Assembly: GCA_020536535.1 (NCBI GenBank)
Contig: JAHLWZ010000891.1
Coordinates: 1 to 58,143, forward strand
Source of the DNA: Pelomyxa schiedti
Lineage: Eukaryota > Protista > Evosea
DNA length: 58,143 nt
Reading direction: 5' to 3'
A program made the position numbers and the translations under genes. Within the stretch, counting starts at the first letter, position 1, and each line of letters opens with the position of its first letter. The notes below the pieces were generated by a model that was given only the letters and a program-made list of their open reading frames with translations, did no database searches and was not told where the DNA came from. Positions 23,213-36,067 of this stretch are shown here, piece after piece.

Positions 23213-26200
23213 TTAAAACAGCCTATCATCGAGCTCATTAATGTTTCGGATCATAGTGAAAGGCATCATTGGGAGTCTTTCCCCACAACTACTAAATTGG
23301 AGCCTTGCCAGAGCAGCCACGGTTTTTGGACTGTCACTCATTTCCATCAAGTGGAGGTACACCAGAACCAAGACATAGCAAAATAAGGCCTCATAAACCC
23401 ACCTTTGTCTGGCACTACAAGCAAGAAAATTCACTCCAGAAAAAAAACTTTCACTTTCTTCTCGAAGGTTTCGTATTGAAATTCAGCATGAAACAACTGT
23501 TAATCTGTTTTGACTAAGCACAGCAGTGCCAGAGAAAGGAAGCTCGATGTTCATGTATTTTACGAACACAACATTGTTTTTGCATTGGGAGTCCTAGGTG
23601 TATCTGGCCAATTTATCCCAGTTGTCACTAAATCGTTGAAGGGAAACACGTCCACGGCGCTCTGTGCAGAGTTAGATTCCGAGATCTTGTCTGTGGGAGA
23701 GTGAACAAACCCAGAGCACACTTCAGCTCATATATTGTCGCCTCGTCGGGAATTTTACGACGCAGTACGGCTACAAGTTGTTCCCATGAGACGTCGACTA
23801 TTTTGTGGTCTCTAGGAAGAGGGGCCGACACCTCATACTGCCAGAATTGCCTTGCCTCTTCAGTTGGCACCATGTAGACGAACCTGGCTTCGCCTAAGTT
23901 GCGGATGACGTCGTCAATGTTTAGGCGCTGGCGATTGAACTTTAGAATTGCGAAATTACTCAATTTGGGTGCTCATACGTCGCCAGGGGTTGCAAACCGA
24001 CAACCTGTTATCAAACTACCCTGGATGAAGTATCAGAAAACGGTATATGGAGGGTGAGGCAAACCAAGAGGGGTCGCGGCGGTTCTTGAGTTGGACCGTT
24101 TAAAGCTTCAAGGTCTAGTTGGTCATCACGTGCTATTGCAGTATGGACCTGGTCACTTTCGAGCTCATTGAATGGAATACACCGCATCATGACTTCGTAT
24201 ATTATTGATCCAAACGAGAATCTGCACATTTGGTCAGAGTTACATAAAGTGTTTCACGTTTTCAACATGTCGGCAGCAGTCGTGGCCCCCTCGTAGAGGC
24301 CAGTAGATAGCGGCAATGAAAGTTCGGGAGCAGCATAGTTTGCTAGAAAGGAAGATATCAGTGAATGTTATAGATTTTCATCTGTTTGGCCTGGGGAACA
24401 AACCAGTCCCCTCAAAGTGATCAATCGGTAAACACATATCAAGCCCTTTTAGCAGCCTTTTACTGAGTCCCATGTCCGCCAGCTGTTGATGATTAAAATG
24501 TATTCGATAGAAAGTAATATAGGTATACCTTGGCTGTGATGTCTTCAGAAACCAGGATATTGCTTGGCTTTAGGTCGCAATGAACTATCCTCAAGTGGTG
24601 GAGTATTCGAACTCCGTGTGCCTTAACAAAAAGGGGTTATCTCTATGAATAGACTGTGTGGAGTCATACAGCTCCAATGAGCAACCACATCCAGTCTGAG
24701 GGGCTCAAGCAAGTACCCTGGCTGTGGATTAGTTTGTGTAAGTCAGTCATTGCCAGCTCTGTTACTATCCAGAAACTTTTCTTATCTGGAGCAGGACAGG
24801 CACCTAAAACATTAAAAAGGGTGTCTTCAATCTAGGAAAACGGCTGAGCACCATACCTATTAAGTGGATGATATTGTTCTGCTGCTGCGCTTCTCTGTGG
24901 GGAAAAAAAATTGACATTTGAGATTATTTAAGAACGGGTCATACTGCAAAATTTCCAGCTCTTTGTATATAGCGCTGACAGCCAGAAAATCAGTTACTTG
25001 GATTACTTTTACAGCCATCTTGATGTTAGCGCCCCTGGCAGAGAAAACAGTTGAAAAGCCACCGCTTCCAATTTCTTTTTCCAGGATTATCTCAGCACTA
25101 TTCAAAACATGTACACCAAATGGTATAGGAACTTTCATTAATTCGGCACTTGTTGTAGTAGTAGTTGTCTGGCTGAGTGGCACCGCCGAATCACAAACTG
25201 CCATGTGCGTCTCGGTGGATACTTTCGCATTATTGGCAGTGGGCTCGTCACTATCATAAGCAGCGTCGTTCTCGTTCTCGTTGGAGTCATCATCAGAACT
25301 GCTTGCCTGAGAGACGGCATCTTGAAGCACCGCACTGGTCTCAGCCGAGGAAGTAAGAGCAGTAGAACTCGTAGATATCGTAGATTTGGTAACACTGGGG
25401 CAGAGTTGTTTTGGATCAGCTGGAACATAGGGGGTGTACCCTGTGCATTGAAAGCTGGAAGGGACGAGACGGCCTTGTGTGAGAACCTTGGACAGCCCCT
25501 GCAGCAGTGGATTTTTGGTTGGCAGTGGAATTTGTTGCTGAGCTGGTGATGCCGGTGCAGGATGTAGAGCCATCATATTCTGGGCAGTGGGGATGAATGG
25601 CAAAGGTGGTGGAAGTGAAGTCTGTTGTTCACAATCCTCCATGGACACTTGAGCAACTTCGCCATTTCCAGGAGAAACGAGTTCAAACTCAACGCTGGAT
25701 ACAGTCGTAGTAGAAGTAGTAGTTAAAGTAGTAGCAGTAGGAGTCGTACAAGTCAGAGCTTTCGTTGCCGCAGTACCCAGGGGCTTTGGATCAGTTTGTA
25801 ATAGTGGTACATAAGGGGTGTATTCTCTGCCCTCCCGAATAATCCTGGAGTCATCAACGAGGCCAGGTATGTTACTCCTGAGCAGCGGAGGTGGTTGTGA
25901 TTGTCGTGACTGTGGCTGCGGTTGTGGTTGTGGTTGTGAGCGAGGAACTGCCTGCTGCGATTGCACTGGGAAAGAAGGACACACGTAAGGACGCACGGGC
26001 AATGCTTCAACAGGAAGGTACAACCACTGTGTGTCTGGGAGGTACACGCCTCTGCTTGCCTTCGGCTTCTTCGGGTCCCACTCGGGCGGGTACGCCTCTG
26101 CGAACTCCAACTGCAGGTACCAATACTTCTGATTCCAGACGAATGAATTGTAGATCGCCCAAATCGCCTCAAGTGACCTGAAGACGTAATAGACATATCT

Positions 26201-26218
26201 GCGTTTCACCTGCGCCAT
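23213..26218 (-). CDS. TKL-group protein kinase with a long low-complexity N-terminus; multi-exon, 3' end approximate
   Basis: IGSGGFSTVF, MAVK, YKELEIL, IVHCDLKPSNILV, LADMGLSK, NYAAPEL, FSFGSIIYEVM. Confidence 0.8.
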
Positions 26219-26360
26219 AAATTTTCTGGAACCGTCGTTTAGTCACCGTGTGATATGGCTATTATGGATGCGCTAGTGTGTGTAAGGCTTCGTGATTGTT
26301 CAGGGGGTGTTTTTAGAAGTGAGAAAAAAAACCACTGGTGGAACAAGAAAAGACTACGAC

Positions 26361-26730
26361 TTACATCCCAGCACGGGACATGACCTCCTCAGCAGTGAGC
26401 CTCTTCTTGTCTGTACGTCCTGCCTTTTGTGCGTCAGCGTGGTCCTTTTCATCCTGAGCGATAATCTCGTCACACACAGGCATTTCACGCAACTTGTCCA
26501 TCCTTCCTCCAACGCGGGACCAGCCCTTCTTGCACCACAGTATGTAGTCGTAATCCATCCCCCGCTCAAAGTGTATCTCGTCCCCGAACAGGTTAAGTTT
26601 TTGGGTAAAATTTGATAAATGTATGATAACAGGGTCTAAAAATGAAGTCGCCGATCAAGTCTCCTTCCTCTAACGTTGTGGAATCTTCTCTCCACCCTGT
26701 TACGCCGTAGAACGTAGTGACGAGACCTAG
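26361..26730 (-). CDS. Terminal exon(s) of a hypothetical protein
   Basis: Coding-like frame ...EIHFERGMDYDYILWCKKGW...EEVMSRAGM* downstream of a CTAG acceptor-like site. Upstream exons unresolved. Confidence 0.3.
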
Positions 26731-26856
26731 GGAGCAAAAATAATGGTAGACTAGGGTTCACTTGAAAGAACATAATGGAAATAATTTGGGAAAGACCTAG
26801 TATTTCTTGGAGGTTTCTTTTGGCACAGTTACATGGGTAGTTATGAGGGTGCCAGC

Positions 26857-27655
26857 AAAGAGTGATTTTGTGGATTGTGATTGTGATGTTGTGGCTGTTG
26901 GGCAGTTACCCCGCGGCATCAGCCTGTTGCATTTGGTTGTGTGATAGTGTGAACTGTTGGGCAGTTACCCCGCGGCANNNNNNNNNNNNNNNNNNNNNNN
27001 NNNNNNNNNNNNNNNNNNNNNNNNNNNNNNNNNNNNNNNNNNNNNNNNNNNNNNNNNNNNNNNNNNNNNNNNNNNNNGCATGTTGTTGACTTTTGTTGTT
27101 GTTGGAAGGGTAGCTTGGCTTGGGGTTCGTTGTTGAGCTTGCTTTGGTTACTCTTTATGGTGCTCTTGTTTTGTTGTTGGTTGAACTGAGAACTCACTCC
27201 TCGAATCTGCAGTAAGAGAGATATCAGGAACGAATAATAGAGTAGGATCCAATAATCTTCTTAAACTATCTGTAAATAAAAGTCAAAACCTAGGAGGATC
27301 AAGTAATGTAAATAAATACCTGTGTGTACTGCGCTGCCATTGAATTCTCCAGGATCCCCCCAGAATGCGTGATTGGGCAAACGGAATTGAAGGAGAAAGA
27401 GTGATTTTGTGGATTGTGATTGTGATGTTGTGGCTGTTGGGCAGTTACCCCGCGGCATCAGCCTGTTGCATTTGGTTGTGTGATAGTGTGAACTGTTGGG
27501 CAGTTACCCCGCGGCATCAGCCCACACTTGGTGTGCATGTTGTTGACTTTTGTTGTTGTTGGAAGGGTAGCTTGGCTTGGGGTTCGTTGTTGAGCTTGCT
27601 TTGGTTACTCTTTATGGTGCTCTTGTTTTGTTGTTGGTTGAACTGAGAACTCACT
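26857..27655. repeat. 260-bp direct repeat (copies 26857-27198 and 27396-27655) containing an internal 59-bp-spaced repeat
   Basis: Sequences identical on both sides of the gap. Motif CTGTTGGGCAGTTACCCCGCGGCA occurs twice per copy. Confidence 0.9.
26978..27077. other. Scaffold gap (100 N)
   Basis: Run of N. Confidence 1.
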
Positions 27656-29106
27656 GGGATTTTCCTTGTTGCCCCCAGAAGCGACTGAATGCATACTGTT
27701 GCCTCACCACAAACTCTCAGCAGTCAAGAAATGCTCATTGTATCACCCCATAGAGTCAAAATAGCAACTCATTGCCCACGTTGACGTTTGTTGTTGGCAC
27801 TGTTGACATGTCGGTTGCTTTTTCCCTTGTCCGCACCACTGCCGTTTTTTTCTTTTCTCTTCTTTTTTTTTAGCTGTTGGGGCGCCTTTTATTTTTTGTT
27901 TGCGGGATTTCCCAGGCGGAAAATTTTTGCCTGGGAACAAAAAGTGACCAGATTGTATGTTTTGAAGGGTATTTCTTCATTGACTTCCGACGTGTGGTTG
28001 TGGGTTCTGCCACTATGGCTTCGCTGACAGTTGGTCGGTCCGACAGGGGCTTCCTCCAATGACTTTATGTTGTTAGTGTGGGTTTGTTGCTTTGGATGGC
28101 TTGAAGATTGAGACTACGAAGACAACTGGAAGCTGGCCTTGTCCTATCTTGGTGCTTGCATTGTGCCATGGTGAGTGCGCTCAAGCTGTGTTTCGCTGCC
28201 GGTAATTGCCAGTTCTCCCCATCGGCACATGGCTTGCATCTCGTTGCACTCAACAATCCAGATAATCTGAAGTGCCATTTGAGTGGTTAAACTTGGAAGT
28301 AGTTGTTACCTTCAGGTTGTATCTCTTAAAGCACCTCTTTCTCAGGTGCGCGGGGTGAAGAGGAACTGCTTCGGAGTTGAAACTCTCGTCGTCTTCAAAC
28401 CCGAGAAAACAGTGACACAGGGCCCTGATGTGCTGAAGCAAAGTGAAGGTTTTCCCCATGAAAAAGCACAAGCACAGGCCATAAACCCAGCTCAACCCTC
28501 ATTCCTGCAACTGATTAAGTGACAATACTGAAGCAAGGAATAAAAATAACCCCCCACCTATTCACCAAAATTGGGACTCACACTTCACACTTTTAATTTT
28601 TTGGATCTTGCCATGCGATGCTCCTCAGACGCTGGAAAGACCACGAAACGGTAGAACGTGTCTGGTCCAGATGTGGTCCAGACATTTCAGAATTTTCCCT
28701 TCACAGGGAACACAGAGAACCAGGACCTTTTCTGCCTCGTTGATACCAAAAATATTACACAGAGCGGGAAAAAGAGGACTGTGGAGCGGACCTCGCGGCA
28801 ATTAGTTTCCAATTAGAGTTGTGCCACGGACAAACCAAATACGTTGCCACTGGTTATTCCCAAACGCCAACAAAGGATCCGCTCCGTGTGTCTCTACTCC
28901 CTTTCTTTCTCCGCGTACGTTGTTCACCCAGATCTCCAAGATCCACCAACATCAGTCCTCGCCTCTATTCGTATGCATGTACGGCCGAGCCATCGAAGTT
29001 CAGAAAAACAAAAAAGAACGATTTTTTTTGCACTAAGTTGGTGTTTCCATGGAAACAAGATGGCAGGGGTTTCCTGTTTCTGTTACTGTTGACCCACAAT
29101 CCCTCC

Positions 29107-31683
29107 TCATGTTTTCGACACAGGAGGAGGGTCTCTGTGCACCATCCCCACGCAGTACTGCTCCACGAACTTGTGCACCTCAGAGTCCGCCAGCTCCCCT
29201 GGGTCGGCCAGGGCCACGCACTGCGGGGGCTCCGAGTGCACCAGCGGCGCCGACGACGACGACGGCGAGAAGTACGCGTGCTCCAGCGCAGCCTCGGCCG
29301 TGGGGCGGTCGCGGCACCCAGAGCGCAGCAGGCTCGACAGCAGCGAGACCGCGTCGCCCGGCGCCTGCGGCAGCAGCTTCTCCAGGAACATGAAGCCCTG
29401 TGGCCCGAGCTGCGCCATTATGGGGCTGCTGGATTTGATGTGCCCGGGCACTGGCTCCGTTGACCTGTAGGCCAGGTGCTATTGGGAATGGGAATTTTAG
29501 AATTGGGTGTGTAGGGTTTTTAAGTTGAGTGGTATTGGTTGGGGTGGAGAACAAACGTTGAGTGCGGCCATTGTGAAGAGTGGTCTGCCGTACAGCATTT
29601 CGCCTAGTATACATCCAACAGACCAGACGTCTGCTGCTTTCCAGTCTTGTATTGTCCCGTTGATCACCTCGGGTGCGTGGTATCGATGCGGAGGTGGTAT
29701 TGGAGGAACACCTGGCGCTTGATTAGAAGCTGCTCGGAAAAGTAAAGGCGGCAGTGATGTTGTGATATTCGCAGGTTCCACTTGCGTTGCATGACTGAAA
29801 CCAGACAGAACGATGTGATTGGCATAAGTTATTGCACTAAATTCTCTCAACAATATGACGGAGGGTCTCAAGTATCGGTGAACCTGCAGAATGTTGGATG
29901 CATTTAAGAAGTACGGGCGTACCACTCCATGAGAGTGCAAATAGGAAAGTGTGTGCAAAAGCTGAAAAATAGTATTACATATGCTCTCGAGGGTGAGTGA
30001 ATAAGTTCTATTGCTACGTAGAATGAAATCCAAATCGTACTTATAATATGGATGTTCCAGGAAAAACCAATTATCCTGACTTTTCTTGTTAGTGCTTGAA
30101 GATAGAAAAAAGAAACCAGAGGTGAACTAACCGTGGAAGGGCCTTGTACTATGGTAGTGACCGGTATGATACAAAGATGAGCGAGTTTACTCAATAACAT
30201 TGGTTGCCTGTTCAACCGTTAAACTGACATAAATACACAGGTACGTACTTGAAAGTCTTCGTGAGTGTGAGCGCATCGGAGACTGCTGGAAGGGGGAGTT
30301 TCTGTAGCATAACTTTTTCTTTTCTTGTTATGTCAGAGGAAACCATTTGAGAAGAAAGCTCACTTGGAATTCTTTTTAACTGCTCTAAAATACCCACTGT
30401 CTTCAAATTCTCCTAGTTGCTCAAACAAATCAAATTCTTTTCAAAAGAAATGAATGCAAGAGAAGAAAAATTCTAACATACGATTGATTTGGATAATCAT
30501 TGGTCCTGGTTTTACAGTTTTACTGCCAACAAACCAACTCATAATTCCCGAAATCGCCCCTGTGAAGTGTTACAAACATTCTGCAGCCAGGGGTAATACC
30601 TCCTGGGTGGGTTACAGACCAAGTTGATTCCATGCTGTCAGCGGAAGGTGGATGACTTGGGGTTCCTCCTAAGCGGGCAGTAGATGTATCCTTTGTACCA
30701 CTTGATTGTTTTACAGTAGCTAGTTGCTTTTGGAGCTGCACATTTTCCCCTCTCTATGTTGTAGTTGAGTGATGTGAGTAGAAGGTGTCGGAACACACTA
30801 GTTTTGCACACAGTGTTTGTGCTGTTTCTAGCTTTTGTCCCAGGTCAGCTTTTTCCATACTGGCTACCTGCAGTTCCCGTGACTGTTCTGAAATTTGTTG
30901 TGCACAATCTGATTCCATTTTCTTAATTCTGGCTTCCAACGTGCTAACAGTGCCCTGCAACATTTCGGCTCGTGATTTATACATTTCACAATTTCGTTGG
31001 GATGAATTCAGTTCCTCAGTGAGTTGAGTGTTACGTTTTTGTAAATCTTCGTAGTCATGAAGGATCTTCCTTGCATTCCTGTGACAAGTTAGTTATTAAA
31101 ACTCCAAGGAAATATAATACCTAAAGGCACCAAGGACCTTTGTAGGCGTGAAATTCTCACGACTAAGGAAGTTCTCCAAGGCAAAATTTTTCTTGACAGT
31201 GTTAAACGGGAATTTTTTACTGCACGTTGGGCAGGTGACAATTTCGTCCCTAACAGTAGTCAGCAAGCATGCCCTGCAATAAGTCACACCACAGCATGGA
31301 GTAACCACTGGCTCAACAACCTAACTATACTCAACAACCTACTTGGCGTACAAACGAAAAAAACAAAACAAAAAAAAAAACAAAAAAAAAAAAAAAAAGA
31401 AGAAGGAAAGGCACACAGGTGGCCCCAAACATAAACTGCACTCCAAATTCGAGGCCATCGCATCCACTTCCTCCTTTAACACCGTGTTCGCGTTTACTGA
31501 CGAAAACAACGCCGCGTACTCCGCACCACCGCCGCCGCTGCCGCCACCTCCTCCCAATACTGCCGGTACCACATTTGCGTCACTTGGTTCGGTGGGTATT
31601 TCCTCCGTTACTGCCGCGGTCGTAGTCGTGGTTGTTGTCGCGAACGGATCTCCTCCTTCCCCCACTGGCGGATCTTCCGTCAT
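29107..31683 (-). CDS. RING-HC + coiled-coil + MAPK/CDK-like (CMGC) pseudokinase; multi-exon
   Basis: RING CSLC...TPCCGVTYCRAC...TCPTC and a coiled-coil exon (30754-31060). Kinase LHSHGVVHRYLRPSVIL, IVLSGFS, YHAPEVI, ADVWSVGCILGEMLYGRPLF, RPTAEAALEHAYF. Confidence 0.75.
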
Positions 31684-32696
31684 CCAATCTCCTCCTTGTT
31701 GTTATTATGTATTTTATTCGTGGGTGTCAACACCAGTGCTAGCGGTTTGTGTATGTCGTCTCCTTCGTGAAAAACGATCAACTTGGTTTGATTGAGACGA
31801 AGGAACTTGGCCCTCAGGATCCGAGAACAAAAAAAAAACCTCCAAGCACAGGTGGTGAATAGAGTAACGTGGGGTTTACCCTCTTGCCAACTTGGAGGGT
31901 TGGTAGCGGGTTTGACAGAAAAGCCCTGAGGCAAAGGCTCCTGTCGACTTGCATGCTTGTTGCGATGGATTGATGATTATTCGATGAACCACGTTCACAT
32001 GGGAGCACCAGTTCCCCTGTGTTACTCAAAGGTCAGTTACCCAGTGTGCAGCCAAATCTTTTGGGCAAAAAAACCATTGCCCCACATGGGATTGTGGGAG
32101 GAAACATCCACCATTCTGTACTTGTCATGGTACCAAATGAACCACTTTATGTTTCAGGGGGCTACTTACAGACCCTTCAGGCTCAGGGTTGTATGGGAGT
32201 CTGTGGGGTCTGTTACCAGAGAGGATGTTTATCTGTGGCCATTGCTGAGAACCCAATGACGTCTAATGTGCCTGATTCCTCCCGAATTGACACAGGGATT
32301 GCATTGGATATGGTGGGGCTATTTGCACAAACCACATTCAGAATTCGCAGAGCTTCTGGTGATTGAGAGAAAAGGCTCTGCCAGTGTGCATGCACTCTGA
32401 TGGGCAATTTCCCGCTCCTGGTTTTTGGTTGTAGGTTAGGACTGGTGAGAATTATTTACTGGGAAGAGTGCAACCAGCTTATTTCGCACTGTTCAAAAAG
32501 GCATGGAATTCTTTTGTGGCTGGAGGTGCAAACAGCAACAGGTACGGGGAGACTATACCAGCCAAGAAGGATTCCAATGGCACAGACAATAAATTCCAGT
32601 GAGCTAGTGTGGTACAAGTACATTATGGCAGCATATGGCTCAGGGAAGCACGGTGCCATTTTCCAAGATATATTGCCTTTTAGGAATCCATCCCAG

Positions 32697-32924
32697 ATTG
32701 TGTATGGTGCAACAGTGATACCGGCGTTCGTTGATACCGTACCTGGTACAAAAGAGAAATCTGTGGTGCTGCCTGTGCTCCCACAAGTGTTTCTGTTTGT
32801 GGTGTTGCCAGAGCTGCTCGTTGGTTGCCTGCACACAGTAAGTTGCCCACAAGTGACACCACACACCCCCCACAACTACATTGGTATCAACGAACGCCGG
32901 TATCACTGTTGCACCATACACAAT
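32697..32924. repeat. Perfect 42-bp inverted repeat (32697-32738 / 32883-32924) with a 144-bp spacer
   Basis: ATTGTGTATGGTGCAACAGTGATACCGGCGTTCGTTGATACC and its exact reverse complement. Confidence 0.95.
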
Positions 32925-33289
32925 TATATTATTTACTCTTTCACCCACTGTGGAGAAAGCCCAAATTAGGTTTGGTAGACATTCTGCATTCCCCCAGTTC
33001 AATAAGTGGAGCAGGATGCAATTGCCACGGACCACGTGCTGCGCCAAACACAAAAAATGTTTCCAGGTCCAAAGGCCAACATGGGCTCCAGTAGATTGGT
33101 TCTCGAGAGTCAGTCGGAGGCTGGGAGGTGAAGGACTTCAACACCTCCCACAAGTTGGCAAACCTCCGAAATGACCAGATCAAAGAAAGAAAGAAACGGT
33201 TGTTGATGCAACATCTCGATGTCGGAATGTGATTCCTCTTGTCATTCCGGGAAATAATGAAATAAAAAAATCAAACTCAACGTGAAGTG

Positions 33290-35705
33290 ATGCCAGAGTC
33301 GGTGTTTGGGGTACCTCTGTCGAGATCCGTGCCGCCGGGGTGCTCTATGCCTCCCCCAATAGAGCAAGTAAACTCACGTTACTTACTTTCAAGATCTGAC
33401 TAGATCCACACCCTTAACCGTGGTTTTTTTTTCTCCCCCCTTTTCCCATGTTAGTTACTGAGCGTATTGACGTGTTTCACGCCGTCGGACCCTTCTTTAT
33501 TCGAACTGCCAATGACTCACCCCAAGGTGTGTTTCTATTTCCCAACGAGACTTCTCTCATAATTTTGTGTTGCCTGTCTTTTTTTTTTTTTGTTAAAAAA
33601 ACAAGGTTTCCAACCTCAAGTCAAAGTTTGATGCGAATGTTCCTCTTCCATTCGATGAGGAAGATAATCCTCAAGTTTTGGCTGCTCTGCTTGTACTGTT
33701 TTTACATCAATTACCACACCCATTGATTCCTCCACGAATGTTCACAACTGCCATGAGAGTTGGCAGTGTGTGTGATACACTTACAAGATTGCGGCTACTA
33801 CGCGCATTTATGGCCAAGCTCCCTCTTCTAGGGCGTGCCTTGACATTACAACTATTAGTATTACTGCACGCAACCCGAATCAATGAGATGCGGCTTGCTG
33901 CACTTTTCGCACCATACTTGATGAGGCAAGGACAGCACCAGAACCTGGAAGGAGGTGGCGCAGCCGATTATGGGGTTGTGTGCCTGGTTTCGGAGATGAT
34001 CAGTCAAGCAGATTACATCTCCTTGAACAAACAGGAGCCAGACAATCTTCCAAAGACAACAACAGCTACAAATGAGTTTGTATTACTCGCTACTGCTATT
34101 TGTGACTTTTCTGCAAACGGTGTGGAAACATTGCGTTGCGTTGTGCCCTAATTTAATATAGGCACTCCTGGCGTACTTTCATTCAATGCAGGAGACAGTG
34201 TACAACTAATTGATGCCCATCCAAACTCCTGGCTGGAAGCTTGTATTCATGGCGTTTTGGGATTTATACCGGAAGCTTATGTTGAGATAGTACCCGTTAT
34301 ACCAACAAATAAGCAGGCTAGCAGTACGCCACCAAATGCCGCACAGAAACGGGGCGTATCTAGCGCTAGATCTGTGTGGGTTCCATCCCAACACCCCCAG
34401 CAGTCGCAGCAATCTCAACTCCAAAACACACAACCAGCACAGCAACCCACAACACAAATTCAACATCAAGAGCCTACTCCACCCGATTTTGGAAATTCTC
34501 AAACAGTCACACGAACACTGTCATCACGATCCTATTCTACACCTATAATGCAAACTTCACACTTACCATCATCACTTTCCACCTCTGAAGAGTCCTCTTC
34601 CCCCACCGACTCGTCCGGCTGGACTGCTGCTCGCTTGCATGCAATTACTGAAGCTGACAATCCGAGCAGAACTTACCGAAGTACAAGTAACGGCAACAGT
34701 ACACAGTCATCACTTTCTATAACTCTTACAAGAACAACCTCCACAACATTTTCCACGCAATCTCCTACAACTACCACATGTACAACAACAGTAACACCTT
34801 TCAATACCGCACCAGAAGCTCTGCCACCCCCTCCATCAACTCCGTCATTAGGACTGCCTAACCGTCCTGCATACACTGCACCATCACCTCAACTTAGCAA
34901 GACCTACAGTGACATCAACCCAGAGGAAGGTTGGGATGAAATCCACGTTGTGGTTATTGGTACTGGAGGCGTCGGTGAGTTTTCCCTTTTCTTTCACTCC
35001 ACCCTCACTGACTATAGGAAAGTCCTGCTTTACAGTACGATTCGTTCAGAACGATTTTCTTGAGGAGTATGTATACACCCTCAAATTAATAATAATTGCT
35101 CAATTAACAAACTATTAAAGGTATGACCCAACATTAGGTAAGCGCGGTACTACCATTCCTTTATTTTAATAGTTGCAGAGGATAGCTACCGCAAACAATT
35201 CAGTGTGGATGATAGGGTCTGCTTTTTAAAAATCCTTGATACTGCTGGTATACTCGCTTAATTGTCTTTGCCGAACCTAATATATTCCAAAGGGCAAGAG
35301 GAATACAGTTCTCTCCGGTAATACAAACGACATAAAGTATATTCTTTTGACCACTGCAACAGGGACCAGTACATGCGCCTTGGTCAAGGGTTTATTATCA
35401 TGTGTTCAGTGACCTCAAAAGACTCACTAATTGCTGTTCCCACGCTAGCGCAAGCAATGCTCAAATGTAAAGACGCTGATGTAATGCCCCCGGCCGTTCT
35501 AGTAGCAAACAAGTGTGACTTACAAGCCGAAGTCACAGCACAGGAAGTTCAGGATGTTGCAGCCTCATTTAACATACCCATGTACATATCATCAGCCAAG
35601 CTCCACAAAAATGTGGACGAGGTATTTATAGCATTGGTGAGACAAGTAAGGGCGGTAGAAGCGACACACACCAAGAGCAAAAGGTCTGTCTGTTGTCTGT
35701 TGTAG
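33290..35705 (+). CDS. RhoGAP - SH3 - S/T/P linker - Ras-family GTPase fusion with a C-terminal CAAX box; multi-exon
   Basis: RhoGAP VFGVPL, LAALLVLFLHQLPHPLIP, LAALFAPYLMR. SH3 AICDF..LSFNAGD..SWLEA..GFIPEAYV. Ras GTGGVGKS, YDPTLEDSYRK, DTAGQEEY, NKCD, SSAK and terminal CCLL. Confidence 0.88.
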
Positions 35706-36067
35706 TGTGGGCTTGTTGAACAAAACAAAACAAAAAAAAAAAAACAACAAGATTTGCTCTGTTTGGACTGTTTGTACGGTACCGTATCGTGAAAATTCTT
35801 CCTTAGCAGGGTTTCTTTGATTACGTCAAAGCCTATCGAAATGACAGGAGAAAAATCTCCCCCAAATTCTACGCAAGGAGAAGGAAAAATTGGCGAGACG
35901 AATAAAAATAGGAAAGGGCACAGGAAAAAGAAAACAAAAAAAAACAAAACTTAAAAAAGGGGATCTTCCCTTTGTTGTTATCGACAGGTCAACGCGGCTG
36001 TGACGACACTAATCGTGAGATCCCCACGTACTACAACAACTACTACGAGCTACAAACGACCCAGAAA

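Noticed and set aside
26857-27655. TRIM/LTR element or CRISPR-like array
   Set aside because: Short AGTGA...TCACT termini exist, but there is no target-site duplication, PBS or PPT. There are only two internal units per copy, the context is eukaryotic and no cas genes are present.
28250-28805. Possible reverse-transcriptase remnants on the minus strand (LPRGPLHSPLF..., GFEDD)
   Set aside because: Resemblance is too weak, spacing is wrong and stops intervene. Would need an RVT HMM hit.
31957-33183. ORFs with a faint aminotransferase-III-like (HGILLWLEVQT) or transposase-like look
   Set aside because: Only isolated short similarities, with no consistent gene on either strand.
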